Source: Fimbriosthenelais zetlandica (Eukaryota). From it: DNA of 64,000 nt. The DNA is taken from assembly GCA_977030845.1 (NCBI GenBank), contig OZ365112.1, positions 17,856,001-17,920,000 of the forward strand, given 5' to 3'. Position 1 is the first letter of the stretch. Each line of letters opens with the position of its first letter. Of this stretch, positions 47,140-60,700 are shown piece after piece. Made by a program: the position numbers and the translations under genes. The notes beneath the pieces are model-generated. The model was not told the origin of the DNA. It saw only the letters and a program-made list of their open reading frames with translations, and did not search any database.

Positions 47140-48995
47140 GTAAGTTATAAATTTCTGCTATTTCATTTTCCTCAATAATATAACGAATCTTTCATTTGCG
47201 TCCACGGCCGATATCTAGAGCATGTATTGCAGCTTTTTAACCGACCATAATTCAAATAGAAGCTACATTCAAAGATCTGTAGTACATCGATATATCACAC
47301 TTTTTTAGCACAGTTGAAGCATACTCTTTCCTAAATTTGAAAAATTCTCTTTATGCTCGCTCCCATAACTTTGTATATAATATAATGGAGGTATTTCCAT
47401 ATTATTCTACACTGGAACTAATATGAAAAAATCTAAAATGTGTCGGCCTAGATCTTGATACTTTGCCATACCTTTTGTAAGAAGCATTTAGATATGGTTC
47501 ATTTCTTTTTGGTTAATGATGCTCAGGAGAATATCTAAATGATGTATTGGATCATTTATATCTATACCTCCATTACGCCCGCATTATCTAATGCCCACCA
47601 TTAAATATATACACTTTACTTCAGTCCCTATCATTACCTCTCCCCAATAGCTTCTCAATATCTTGACATATACAGATGCACACCTGTAGCCTTAACCAGA
47701 CTTTCACTATTATGGACTCATTGTAAAATAATTTTCATGTCCGTGCTGCACATATAGGCCTATAAGTGCGTGTCATATGAGGTAAATCGGTTAAAGTAAA
47801 AGGTATAACATGCATTCCTATCCAGGTACATGTAAGATGGTGTGCATGCGCCCTAATAAGACTCTAAAGATGATTATTCCCCGTGGTCTATGTGTACATG
47901 GGTGTGAAAGTCTACCGCCTGTCCCCAGCATGTACCATACATGCATTGTATGGAGTAATTATTGGGAGTCTCTTGTTAATAAAATGCAAAGGGTCTGTTC
48001 CGCCTAGTTGATGCTAATTGATGCTTTGCTGTGTCATTGTATGTTAATGGCTTTACAAATGGATATCTTCTCTTTATAGACTCATAAATCAGCATTTTTT
48101 CTTAGATTCCAGAAGTTTCTCCTGTCATCCTGGCCTGGCTCTTTCCTTTAATCAGAGTGACGTGGGAGTTAGACCTGAGTATGTGGAGCTACGTCTTCAA
48201 CATCAGTCAACCCACACCACCAGAGGGTCAATATTTGAAGCCGTCGGTAGCGGTACACTTTTGTTGAGGATGGTGGACAGCGCTGGGCATCAGATTCAGC
48301 AGATCCATCACGCCAAGTGGCTGAGAGATGAAGATGGCTCTATCTTTACAACTATCACTCACTTTGTTCAGGATTTACTGACCGCTGTCCAGAGCCAGGC
48401 TAACAGTTCAGGTGACCTCCACACCGCCTCGTTGCAGATCTGCCCACAAGGAAGGATGGTACGTCAGCAGAGATCTGTTGAGAATGGAGCTCTTGCTCTC
48501 AGAACTGAGGACTTCCTCTTGGTTGTGTTATCACGGGAGGAATCAGTCACCTGGGAAAACAAACTTTCACAGATTTCTCAAAGAAGAAGAAGAAGACATC
48601 GACATCAACATGGTCATTACAACGCTCATTTAAACAAGACGTCACTCCGTGCAAGACGTCGAGCCAAGAAAGGTCGCTGTACAAAAACTGACATGTATGT
48701 AGACTTTCAAACCCTCGGCTGGTCCGATGACATCGTTTACCCTGTGACTTACAATGCTGGGACATGCCTCGGCCGCTGTCCATCGCCTGTTGACCACTCA
48801 CTCCATCCTACTAACCATGCCATATTGCAAAGCATGATGCGCATGCATGACCGGAAGTTAAAGCGTCCTTGCTGTGTGCCTGTGACGTTAAAGCCGCTAA
48901 TGATGATACACAACTCTACATCTACAGGAGGAGGTAGCCGTGTGGAGATCCGCACCCACCCTGACATGGTGGTCCATGAATGTGGCTGCCGGTGA
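46827..48995 (+). CDS. nodal: Nodal-like TGF-beta superfamily ligand precursor, 400 aa, two exons (46827-47139, 48106-48995)
   Basis: Signal peptide MLWTSHVLLCCGIIFCVAMA; prodomain FLFNLYR and ELRLQ motifs; furin sites; 7-Cys cystine-knot domain with Nodal-type motifs DMYVDF..LGW...IVYP..YNA..C.G.CPSPV...LHPTNHAILQS and HPDMVVHECGC. Confidence 0.85.
48106..48995 (+). CDS. nodal: nodal exon 2 (rest of prodomain and entire mature domain)
   Basis: TTTTTTCTTAG acceptor is the only nearby one that keeps frame with the 277-aa ORF; TGA at 48993-48995. Confidence 0.9.
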
Positions 48996-49229
48996 TATCT
49001 TTTATGCTATCCCTGATATTATTTGTCCATAAGATTAACATTGGGTGTTAATCATGAAAGCGGGTGAGACTATGAAATGGTATCACCTGTTGCTCTCTGA
49101 TTGGCGTCATCATGACGTCGTCCTTATTAACTGTGCTCTCATTGGCTGACCAAAGTCGCCATCATCATTTTTTGATTTAAAATGTTAAATAATTTTATTT
49201 AACATTTTCAGAAGGATAGCATAAAAATA
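48996..49229. mobile_element. Inverted-repeat (MITE-like) element starting immediately after the nodal stop codon
   Basis: TATCTTTTATGCTATCC at 48996 pairs with GGATAGCATAAAAATA near 49214-49229; internal GATTGGC, CATTGGC and TGACGTC motifs. Confidence 0.55.
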
Positions 49230-49363
49230 TAGAACTGAGCTGGACGTCATAATGGTGTTTCGAGTGAATGGGAGGGATAAACGCTTGGGCTACTGCCCTC
49301 GCCCTGCCTCCCTTTCACTCTCGGGGCATACCGCCACCAATATGACTCCACGGTCAGTTCTAT
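49229..49363. mobile_element. MITE-like element with ~29-bp imperfect terminal inverted repeats
   Basis: ATAGAACTGAGCTGGACGTCATAATGGTG / CACCAATATGACTCCACGGTCAGTTCTAT. Confidence 0.65.
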
Positions 49364-52300
49364 CTATCTATATCATCATTGAGCATTGCAAAACTATAAA
49401 CTGAACTCATCTCATTTAATCTCCATATGATGGACATTATGTGTTGGTAGATGTTTGCCAATACATCTTTGCAAAGCACTGTGACTTCTGATTTGATGCC
49501 CATCAGCGACATGTTATTTTGATGTCGGATGTAATGGTCCTTGGGTATCTGGTGTCACTTTAGTATCAAGTTCTTAACTTGCATTGTGATATTTACATCT
49601 TTTCAGTCCCCTTAGCTGTATATATTATGAATATGATTTCACCGTTAAAGTTCTTAGATTAGTCAATCAACTCAGTTGATCTAGGACCTTGGTGCAAAAT
49701 AATATACCTAGCTCAATTGTTTTAAAAAACTGTGATTCAAAGTTATGCGCAATTTCTTGAACAAAAACCAACTAGGTAGCCAGCAGAATCTAGTTTAAAA
49801 ACCTAGGATATAAAATTATTGTAATTATAATTATATTTAGTTCATAATGTTGGCCAGATGAACTGTAGCAACTTGGTGAAAGTGTGCCTGTATGTTTACA
49901 AGGATCTATTGCGTAGATCCAGCTGTTGTGAACTTTATGTTTTATATTGATTTTTTCCATGTGATAGGGACATCCTTTCACCCATGTTATTCACGGAACG
50001 TCTCCCACACAATCCATCTTCAGGGCAGCAAGCATGTTTTCTAAGATTGTAAGGGCATAAATATAGGTGTTAAAAAGGAGGACTAGATTTGGAAATCTTC
50101 ACAATTGTATACAATTGATATATGATCTAGTTACTTAAACCTTAGATCAAACTGAGTCTACCCCAACCGGATGACGTGCATAATGTGTTCACAGTATATT
50201 CAGTCGGCTTTCTTAGGAAAATGAAGAGAACTGATAAAAACCTACTTGCACTCTCTCTCCCTTATGTAATTTGTTTTCAAAAGAACCTTTAGTGATTCAC
50301 AGTGGATGTGATGGTTTCTGAAAATCAAAAAAAACTATTTTGTCACCGTGGAATGTATGGACAGGGGAATTAGCCATATTTCCCCCATCTATTTAAAGCA
50401 AGATGATCTCACTTTCTCTCAGTGACTTACGTCACTAGAAGATCGAAATGCGACTCTTCAAGTTATAATATTTGCACTGGAAACTACAGTGCAATGTAAA
50501 TGTAAGTAGCACCGTGCCATATCATACACTGATAATCACACACTACCCAACTATAAACATGTCCAGAGAAAAAATATGCTTCATTTTTTTATGTCGATCA
50601 TAATTTACATAATTTAGGTGGGTTGGAGGTGGAGTGGGTGTAGTGAATTGATAAATCACTGTCAATGCTTGGATAATGACTACACGTGCGTGTGGCATAC
50701 ATGTAGGTCGGTGCACTCCCCCTCATTCTTCACATATATCTACTTTTTCTTATATGGCTTTAAAATTCAACCAAGTTGAACGCACTCGAAGATGGCTTTC
50801 TTTTGGACACGAGAAGTGACGGTTGTTAAAAGTAACCTCTGTGGAAGAAACCAGTTGTTGTGCATGGTTATTTGTCAGGAATAAAACACTTGTTGGAGTA
50901 TTGTACTTGTATGAATGTGTTAGGTTATAAATCAGTACAAAACCTACCAACCATGGAAAGTTTCCCTCCTTTAAATTACAATACTAAGGCAATAGAAACA
51001 CACAGTGAGAATAAAATTTCTATATGGGCTCCAACATATTTATTTTGGACGGAAGTGCAATATATTTCATTTTAGAAATATTCAGAGCAAGGTAATTACA
51101 ATGTTTTGTTTGCATATATACAACTAACTAATCTCTTGGAAAATATATAGTTCTGCCTATAGATACGATCTTTCGGGAAATTGTACCTCTTAAATCGTTT
51201 TTCATTCCCTGGTAGGTGTTAGCTCTCACCCTATAGATGGTCCAACTTTTCGTCCTGATACACTGGATTTAACTTCATCCCATATACACTAGGGGGCAGC
51301 CATGTGTAAATGGAGTGTGTATTTTGTGTGTCCGAATAGTAAATGGCTAATGGCAGGACCATTCTCAAGTCACACTCTGTATAAATTGATTTAACCTATA
51401 TTTTGGATGGGCCAAATTTTGATTCAGGAATCTCCTGAATCAAAACATTTACTTGCCATATTATAGGATTTTGGTACACTCCAATCCCTTTTCGCGGCTG
51501 AAGAGCATGAGTTCTCATGTCAACCTGTGCTCTATAAGATTTTCTAATTCATGGATAGGGGGACCGTATATTTATTATAGGAATGCATATTATATTATGG
51601 GGGTTGTTCAGCAGGGGAAGTGTATGAAGATGGTGGCCTCTATGGAGGAGGGTAACATCCAGGTCTGGGGTATTATTTGTCTGATATTGATTAGACCTGC
51701 ACTATAACTGATACTAACAATCAATATTCAACCAGAACAGGTGTGTCACTCGTCAATTACAGCCTTTGATTTGCTTAATACAGGTTACTCCGTTAACACT
51801 ACTTTAACATATGAATAATCTACAAATCTCCCAATAATTTTACTGAATATATTCTCTTAGTTTGTTGTAGAAATATACGTGGTTTCAGTACAAAATTCTA
51901 ATATCTAATATCTAATATTGGAATTTGGTTTCTATACCATGCAGATATTGAAGGCCGTACCAGCTTGAATGCCAGTCCCTGTATGAATTAGTTGTTGGGG
52001 GATAATGCTATGCTCGTTATGGTTAACGATTTAGATGGCCATTAGTGCGGATCAATTCTCTGCAAATTTATTAATTATAGAGAGAAGAAGGCGGCCTATG
52101 CTGGGTGCAATTGAACATTGGTTGCAATGACATTTCCCAAGTACATGTATGCAATTTCCACTAGTCATTAACATTTTCTAATCTTGTGTTGGGGACTACT
52201 AAATGCCTAACCCAAAATAGATATTGAAATTCCTTTTCTACTGTCCATTTACGCTGCATTCACATAGCAGATGATAATTCCGGCCCACATTGTTTCACCT

Positions 52301-54329
52301 AATTGAGGTAGGATAACACGACAACAATGTTGTGCTTCTCAAAAGGCTTGTGTGTTTTGTTTCTGCCTCGCCGTCCCATTGTGGGAGCATCTACATGAGC
52401 TATGGTCACGAATTATTAGCAGACCGTTGGTTCACTAATTGCCATTCTCTAATTAATCATTCATTAACGTGGCTAATCATGGCATCACTCTGCCGATGAA
52501 GAGAAAGGTAGTGGATCGAGCTGGATGTATGAGAGTTGAATTGATCAATGATGAAATATTTCATCAATCAGTTCAGGAAAAAAACATCTATCATACATAC
52601 ATGTATATAATATTTAGATCTACATGTAGTTTTTTTCGCTATAGAAGTAGCCAAAACTGTAAATGATAACCTTCATTTATATTATCACCATTGGCACCCC
52701 CTGCCGTCATGTATTCCCTAAAGCCTCCTTTCTTCACCAGCAGACGGCCCTTCTCAATCGTGGTTACCTTCGTTTCTACAGGAACCACTTGGTGGCAAGG
52801 GGGTTGGATTTTTGGAAATTGTTATTTTGGAGTAGTACCACCTCCGATTTAAAAGTCAAAGGCAGACTAGCATATATTTGATACCTTCTCCAAAAATCAA
52901 TGCTGCACTTATCTTCTTGAATAATTAATTATTGTTGAATCATGCGAGCTTTACTTTGACCTTTCCATGAGGCTGTTGGGAAATGTAATGCGCATGTGAG
53001 CGAGAAAATCATTAAGAAATCATCAAGTGAAAGACCCTGTCAATAAATCAATATAATTTGGTTTTTGTGGTCAGGAAGGCAGCAATGTCAGTTTTTTATA
53101 TCATTAATCTTTGTAAATGATACACTTGAAGCTAGAGTTGGGTCAGATATGTCAACTTTCTGCAGGGAGATAATGTTACAAGGAATACCTGAAAGCTTAG
53201 GAATATAAATCAGGAATACTGGAGGCCAAGTGTTCTAGAGACAAAGAGGTAAGGGCCTCCAGGGTGTCAGAACCTGACACTTCTCAACACTCACCTGGCC
53301 TTGTATGTGGGTCATAAAAAGCAGACAGGGTCATTGATGCCACATAATAAATAGGCAAGACAGCTTCTGATCAATAAGTACCTGGTGCACTTGGCTGCTA
53401 CCTATAGAGCTCACAGGGTCGATACGAGAAAATCCCTGCAGAACCGCCAAATCTCCCTTCAGTCTACAACTTTTTTTATACACCTTTCCTTCATTAATTG
53501 ACTAAACCGAAGGTTGTTCACATTATCGTGATTTCTTTTGACACTCTTAGCAATTGTGGGTGGAATCTTTCATGGACACAGTAGTGTAATAGCAGAAATC
53601 TATATAACTCCATTAAATTATTAAGAGGAGTGATTATTTCTATATTGCTCCTTCATTCTTGCTTTCCTGCAACACTAAACACATGCTCATATAGATAGCA
53701 CTGAGTCAGTGGACTGAAGTCGATATAATTGTGGGAACTCCTCAGGGCTTTCTTCTGTGGGAATATAGATGTAGATTGATGATTAGAAAAGAACTATCAA
53801 AGAAAGTGGGAATCATGCAAATGGAAGAAAGATCTGTACCGTGCCCTTGAGGATGTCTTTTTGATATGTCTATCACAATATAGGATGGAGCAAGGACCAT
53901 GTTTTGTGCAGTAATGAAACAGAAGAGTATGATTATTCACAGAAGTTTCCAAGGGAGCTAAAGGAAGGGAAGAAGGGAGGGAAGATACTGAAAGTATAAT
54001 GGTGACGAATGAATCGTTCAGTGCTTGAGGATTTACTGCCATGTACCAGATTCTCTGCCGTATATCCAGCATTTTCCGGTATAAGGCGATGGAACTATTG
54101 ATTCCTCGCTGTGGTACAACAAAGCACCAGCGTCCATGACGTCACAGAACCAATCGATGACGCGCTCCCGGCGCAGGTCATCCGGGTCGTCCTCAGACGT
54201 GTTCTTATCGTGAACACGGCGTGGCGCTGCTGTCGCCTGATGGTATCAGAGACGGCCATAGCATCCAAGTAGTCCTTGAGAGTTTGGGGACTGTGATATC
54301 TACTAGATTACTAGGTTTTATTTAGCATC

Positions 54330-56600
54330 AATGAAGTCTTGAGACAGGTATATCTAGACTGACATATTCTGATCCTATATTGGTCCCGGCCATAATCTTT
54401 GCATTGATGGGTATTTTACATAATAATAATCCAATGTCTTGGATATTTGGTACAGATTCTTCTATAGGGTCGAATTCATGCTGATGAAGCACAATATTGT
54501 CAGTACATAGTCTCTCCTTTCTAAATGTCGTTACTTTGGGACGTGAGCCTTGTGGGAAATCATTGACAACCTTTATATTCTCTCTGAAAGGTAAGCTGAC
54601 GAGGCAGCTTCCTATTTTCATAGCCTTGTACTGCAGTTTTAATCAGATAGAGGTAAAGGAGTGTTGAAGGGGACGGTCAAGTGCAGAGGATGGAGAGTAC
54701 AGGGCCAAAAATGAGTCCAACTGAGACAGGATCGATGGAGGTAGCTGAGGGAGTGGGAAACACAACGAGGACCGAGGTCTGTGACTATGGGCGTGATATG
54801 AGGGTTAGATGGGGCTAGATATTGCTCTGACAGAAAATGTAAAAAAAACTTTGCATGCTTTGGATGCAGCAATCTATTGAATCAGGAAGTAGCTCCAGGC
54901 TGAGCAAGATAATGAATCTTGGAGTCCTTTGCCGCGAAAAACATAGCGAAACAATTGGCTTTCACGTTGAGTTTCTAATTCCCCAGTAAAAATGTGGCCG
55001 TTTAGATAGTGGATGGAAAAATGAGATAAGATGGCAAGATAAGGAGGATCCAATCTATGTGACAGGGAAAGACATCTACACATGAGCCAGTATATTAAGA
55101 TAGTCAGCCAGTGGAGACATCTGACACAAGGGAGTGATTTATCATATCTCTCTGTACTCATCTAGATAAAGGCCTCGCCAAACCTCATTAGGAGTACCTC
55201 CCCTGCATGCCACATTTTAAATCCACATCCACTCCAAAAAAAATGAAGAAACACTCGTTGACACGCCATTTTAGAGGCCCTCAGTGAGCAATGGTTATCC
55301 CTTGAATGGTTCTGAATTAAAGGCTGGAAATTTAACTTTGCTTCAGATCCCTCGTCCTTATCCTGCCTGCCTTGTCATAAGCAGGACTGCTCGCACCAAA
55401 TGATGCCTTTTTTGTGCTTAGGCAAGTAATGATGGATGCTCCATCGAGTCCAATTTCTTTTCTAAAATAAACGTTGGTGATCCAACACAGAATGGACTTT
55501 ACATTTGGTGCATGAGAATGATTAAATTTCGAAATATTATGCGTCACATAGGTTATTAGACAAGACGAAGATTTATGCTCTTGGAGCAAGACGAGATGAC
55601 TGATTTTTGCCAGCCAACTCAGGATAACATCAAAATATTAGTCAAGTGAGCTGATAGAGCCTGGGACTGTTAATATGAAGTTTTGCTGGTGTGGTTGAGA
55701 TTGGTTCTAACCTAAGTCTGGTCATGTGTATGTCTGCTTGTTCTGCATGTTTGTGTACTTGTATTTGTGTATATTATTGTTTACTCGCCGGCTGTGGCGG
55801 CATATGAGGGACCTGGAAATGTGACCATCAGACTGCCAGGCTATAGTATAGATATAATACGGCTCCACACTATATAGCCTTGTAGAAATGAGAGATCCCT
55901 TTCAGGGAATTTCTTCATAAATTGGGTCAGCCTTCTACCTGACCAGGCAAGGTTGTTCATAATTAAGCCTCGGTATATCAAGCACCTGATACCATTTTGA
56001 TATGAGAAAGGCAATGAGCCTCCAATAGGCATGCTGAGGGGGCTATTGATGTGGATGAAATAGGACGGTTGGGAGGGATTTTAAAGGATGGATTATGCGG
56101 GGAGATTGGAAGAGAGCTGGTGAGAACAGAGACATGTGTCAAGGTGGAGGACATCGCCAAGAGAAAGGTCATAGAGGGAGCAGCTCCCAAAACAGGGAGG
56201 AATGCCAGGCAGCGGGCAAAATGAGTTGTCCTTCCCTGCTGCGGAACAGTCCGACAATGCCAATGGCTGAATGTTCTTACCCAATCGATTCAATGATTTC
56301 GCTGCATAGACATCTTCTATAAGGAATGTGTCTGTATGACTATTGAGATGGTATGCTACAGCGATCAAAGTCGGAATTTCAGTTCATCTGCAGGCTGCTG
56401 ATTCATAGTGTACTTCTAGCCAGGGCCCATAAAAAAGCCCCGGGGCCTGCCTGGAGCTGTTTGGAGGGTCCCCACAGACAATCACTCCCTTGTGGCTCCC
56501 TGCCTGACAACTACTTTACAAATATGTTTCAAGAGGCACCAGAGATACCAGAGGAAATAGTGCCATATCGATCTGTGACACAGTCAGTTCCAATCGTCCT
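54330..56600 (-). mobile_element. Decayed LINE ORF2 relic (APE endonuclease to RT)
   Basis: In correct 5'->3' order: CLLETY-like (CLQET), LGD..H, LDTCLCSHQL (IDLTLC-like), then TFRKERLCTDNI (GFRKGRSCTDNI-like); spread over many broken ORFs. Confidence 0.45.
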
Positions 56601-57740
56601 CATACCTCTGGTTGTCTGTATTCCTCCGACAAGTTCTCATGTAGAATATTCCTCTTATGTTGATTTCGAATGAGTTGTCGAACCTTGGGTGGATCAAAAC
56701 TTATATGTGATATTTCCGAATGATTATATGTAACAGTTTCAAAATTCATTTAACACATACACATACATTATTATTTTACCTCACACAAATATTTTACAAT
56801 GATAGGAAAAATTCAATCAAGACTTTCCAAATTATATTCAAGAATGCAAGATTTTACTTCCTCAATCACCAGGAAACACATATAAAAGATACTGTTACAA
56901 ATGTTCATTTGTTTGGGAACAGTGTCTAAGCATATATTAACACCTATTATATATAGGCTACCCTATTCCGTGTAAAGCTTTATGCTCTTAGATAAAGAAT
57001 AGCACCAAGACGAGCACCATTTCTGTTACCAAACCTTAGAGAATTTCAAAATCCTCCACTCACCTCTCCCGACAGTAGGTTATGTATAATAAAATGGGTC
57101 AAACCTTTTAATGGGTTTGTTGAGCATTATTGAGTCTCTTCATTTATGCTTAGGGAAAATGGTTATTGCTTTATGACCAACTGGGCAATAAAAATATCAA
57201 TGAATATGCAGTAACACTACATTCGACCACACACACGCTCAAGCCTTTTTTTCGATAGACCTTTGATACTAGGATATATCTGTAATGAATCTTTAAAATG
57301 CAATTACAACAGTCCACATTTCTGTATTTGGTGTGTACCCTGGTCTTTTCTGCCTTGTCTTTTTTACCCACGTATATGTTGGAAGTAATATGACGACTAA
57401 AACAAATAAATACCGTTTTCTGCCTCCAACATGATCATCTCCGAGGCTGAATTAGACAATGGAAAATCTTCACTTTGCATTAATCAGATTTTAAAACATC
57501 AGATAAGTCCCTAAACCAAAACCAAACATTACCATGCCTAATATTTTGGCCTAATCCAGAAGCGATAACAATATTTACGTATTATATCCTCTTAATAAAA
57601 TTTAAAAAAACTAAAGATATTATTGGGGAAATAGGGCATGCATTATCAAAATATATATTTGCTTTAGTTAGCTTGGAATTTATTATCTTTAATTAAATGA
57701 TTTAAAATCAAATTTTCAATCTAATCGAGAAGCTATTTCA

Positions 57741-57762
57741 TATATATATATATATATATATA
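57741..57762. repeat. (TA)11 microsatellite
   Basis: Read directly. Confidence 0.95.
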
Positions 57763-60700
57763 AAGGACGGGAATGATATTAACCCAGTTAGCTCAAGTGG
57801 TACCAGATTAGATTTCTCCCAAAATCTGATTAAATATGCTTAAGAAATGTCATCTTCTACCATTCAATATATATTTGGTTGATCACAATATCTGTCCTAT
57901 GTTATGGATCGAGTATGAAAAAATAATCTCAATCATGCAAAAATATGTACCTATAATAATTCTTAAAATTTTCAATCTGGTGGTTGCACGATCAGTTTCT
58001 TTCTGACTAAAATTTCTAATCGTGAGGATTTAAGTCCTGAGCATGGCTTTGCCTGAATCACCAGGCCACCAAAGCCTCAGTGAGGGAGCATGCCGCTCTA
58101 CCTTAAACAAAGGAGTTAGACTACAACATTTTCAGATTAAAATTTTCAGATTTCCCTCTGATTTATCCACTATAATGTATTGAAAATATTTGCCAAAATA
58201 ATCCCCGATAGGTAAAATTTGATAGGAAAATGGGGGGAAATCCCCAGGAAGAAAATACGATTTAAATACTTTGTTGGCTTGATGGGGGTGGGGGAAAGCA
58301 TTAAAAAGAAGACGGTAGTCCGTGTAAACATAATGAAGTATCTGATATCTAAGCAAACCAGTGAAAAAACATTGTATGATATAGTAAGATAAATTTTCAG
58401 AGGTGTGATCATCATGAACTTTGGTGGTAGAAGTAAGATAAATATATATTGTATCCTAAAGTCTAAATGGATTAGGGGTTCTACGAGCGGTTGATAGTAA
58501 CGGTTTGACGAAGCTCACGGTTAGGCAAGACCAGGCAACACTCCACATATACAGTGAATTCCGAAGCTAAACGACAAGATAAACTACTATAGAGGCACAT
58601 CTACGACAAACAAGAACATAAAGGGAAAAGTGTCTGATAATGACAATGTGTTTAAAATTTCCTTCTGTTTGAAATTTCCTTCTGTAAAATCTCAGTCAAA
58701 TTCAGACCCAAATTATTAGATCTTTTCTGGATTCATCATGATCGAACAGTAAATTTCAAAAATCATGAACATTATAAAGTATTAATTTAGAGAAATATTG
58801 TTCAGAATGCAGTCATAGATGGGCCTCCAATAAGTGTAGACAGTGCAATATTCACATTCACACAATGTGTTTAGAAAATCTAGCAGATCATCATAGGTCA
58901 TTCGAAAGGGCTAAACACACAGGGAAATCAAACACAAAGAAGAGTCCGTTATTTTTCCACGAAATATGCCATGTGATGAATAAAACTTTATTACAAAAAT
59001 AATGCTGAAAAATACACGCGACCAGATGAAAAGGCACAAATTTGCATTTGTGGGAGTGGCTCAATAGTACTTATGATATGACACAGAAAACTGCTACCAT
59101 AGTTACCCGCTCAAAGGACAAGGTCGATCGCCATAGTGTGAGGGGATGCCGATTACCTCAACCTTTGACCTTCAGTCAATAGGGTATTAATGTGCAAACG
59201 ACCTTCAAAAGGTCTGGTGGACAATCAAGCGGTGACACACCCCCTACACACTTTTCTTCAGACAACATTTCTTTACACACGGCTGGGTTTTAGACAGCAT
59301 TTAATTCGTTCCTTATTTCTTTTGAGCTAATTTTTTTCTAGTTGTAATTGAAATGGTCATTCAAATGTTACCAAGAAACTATGATTAATAATGTCGAAAA
59401 AGATTCATGTTCATGCTAATTGGAATAGAAATACACATTCTTAAACAGACTAGAAACTGCAACAATATGTCTAGAGTAAAATAAGAAAAATGTCATTCCA
59501 CAATGAAAAAAAAACACGGCATTCTACTGATTATTCCCAACAAGCACATCAACAAGATTGGTTGCCTTAAATATGGCGTATGGTTCAAGAGGGTTTTAGA
59601 TAAGAAAAGCGCATATCGAGTAAAACAACCAACTAGAAATACATGTGAAACCTAGTCATACAAATGAACCCGACAAACAAATCCCACTCGGTTTCACGAC
59701 AAACCCGGATTTTCTTTAAAGAGGACTATTCGAGTAGCTGCAGTGTACAAATTGTAAAGAAAAAATGCTACAAGGAATTGAGAAGTGCAGGAAAACACTA
59801 CATCTATTAATTGGACCGAACACGCCTTAAAACTTGTATTATCTGAAGTATGGTTGCCATAGAGACATACTTACAAGTCCCCCCATATAGGTCTGAGCAT
59901 TTTATGCTAGAGTTTTAAAGACTATCTTCTTTTGACTCGTATATTCTCTTATGTTCCTGTTCTAACTAAACTGGCTACATGTTCCAGCCCAGGTTAATCC
60001 TTAAAATTATCAACATTAATCAGTGTTATGATTTGTGCAGTGAGAAAACACGAGGCTTCACTCTTCCAGTAAATCGGGGCTAGTTCCCCAGTGCTATGAA
60101 ACCTGGCTTCATAATGATCTAAGTAGAATAAGTGTTACCAGTTTCCATACAATTCTGTTCAGCCAAAAATAATGGCATCTTGGATATGTAAGACATCTTA
60201 TACCACAGTGTCAGGGAAACCCTTATTTGTAAATAATATTGCCTTGAATGTTGGTCGTATCACGATGTATTTCCGTTTGTTTTTTTTCTACAGGACTCTA
60301 AGTTACTCAGAGTTTAAAATTTGTACAAATACTAGATATAAATAGACTACATGACAAATGTGGAGACAGAAATTGAAAGACCTATTCCAGTGCAACGAGA
60401 AATAGGTTATGTTGCCCTAGACTCGTGTCTTTCCCCCATCATGCAAAGACTTCTCTCTCTCAAATTTCTGCAGACAAACCTTGATTTAATCGGAAGTAAA
60501 TTGATTCCGAGATCACAAGAGGTTTTGTTTGACTGCACCACCGGAAATGGCACAAGATTTGGAATGTTCAGTTTTAAGAGACTTACATACAACACATGTG
60601 CAAATAACAGATCTGGCAGCTGGTGATCATTCTGATCAGAAGCTGATCATTACCCCATTCCACTTAACTATAATCAAGACCTCACTGAGACAGCTGGCTG

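Noticed and set aside
46637-48967. Antisense and alternate-frame ORFs over nodal (46637-47047, 48547-48801, 48749-48967 and others)
   Set aside because: Shadow ORFs of a GC-richer coding region with no recognisable motifs.
54380-54600. Plus-strand GHNLCIDGYFT as a piggyBac catalytic motif
   Set aside because: The opposite strand gives a longer open frame with an RT-like motif collinear with upstream APE-like motifs, so a LINE relic is the better explanation.
15131-59866. RFX X-box-like 14-mers (near 15131 GTTACCATGGAAAT, 40750 ATCTCCATGACAAC, 59853 GTTGCCATAGAGAC)
   Set aside because: Scattered, none at the 5' end of the ciliary gene, and such motifs are frequent in invertebrate repeats.
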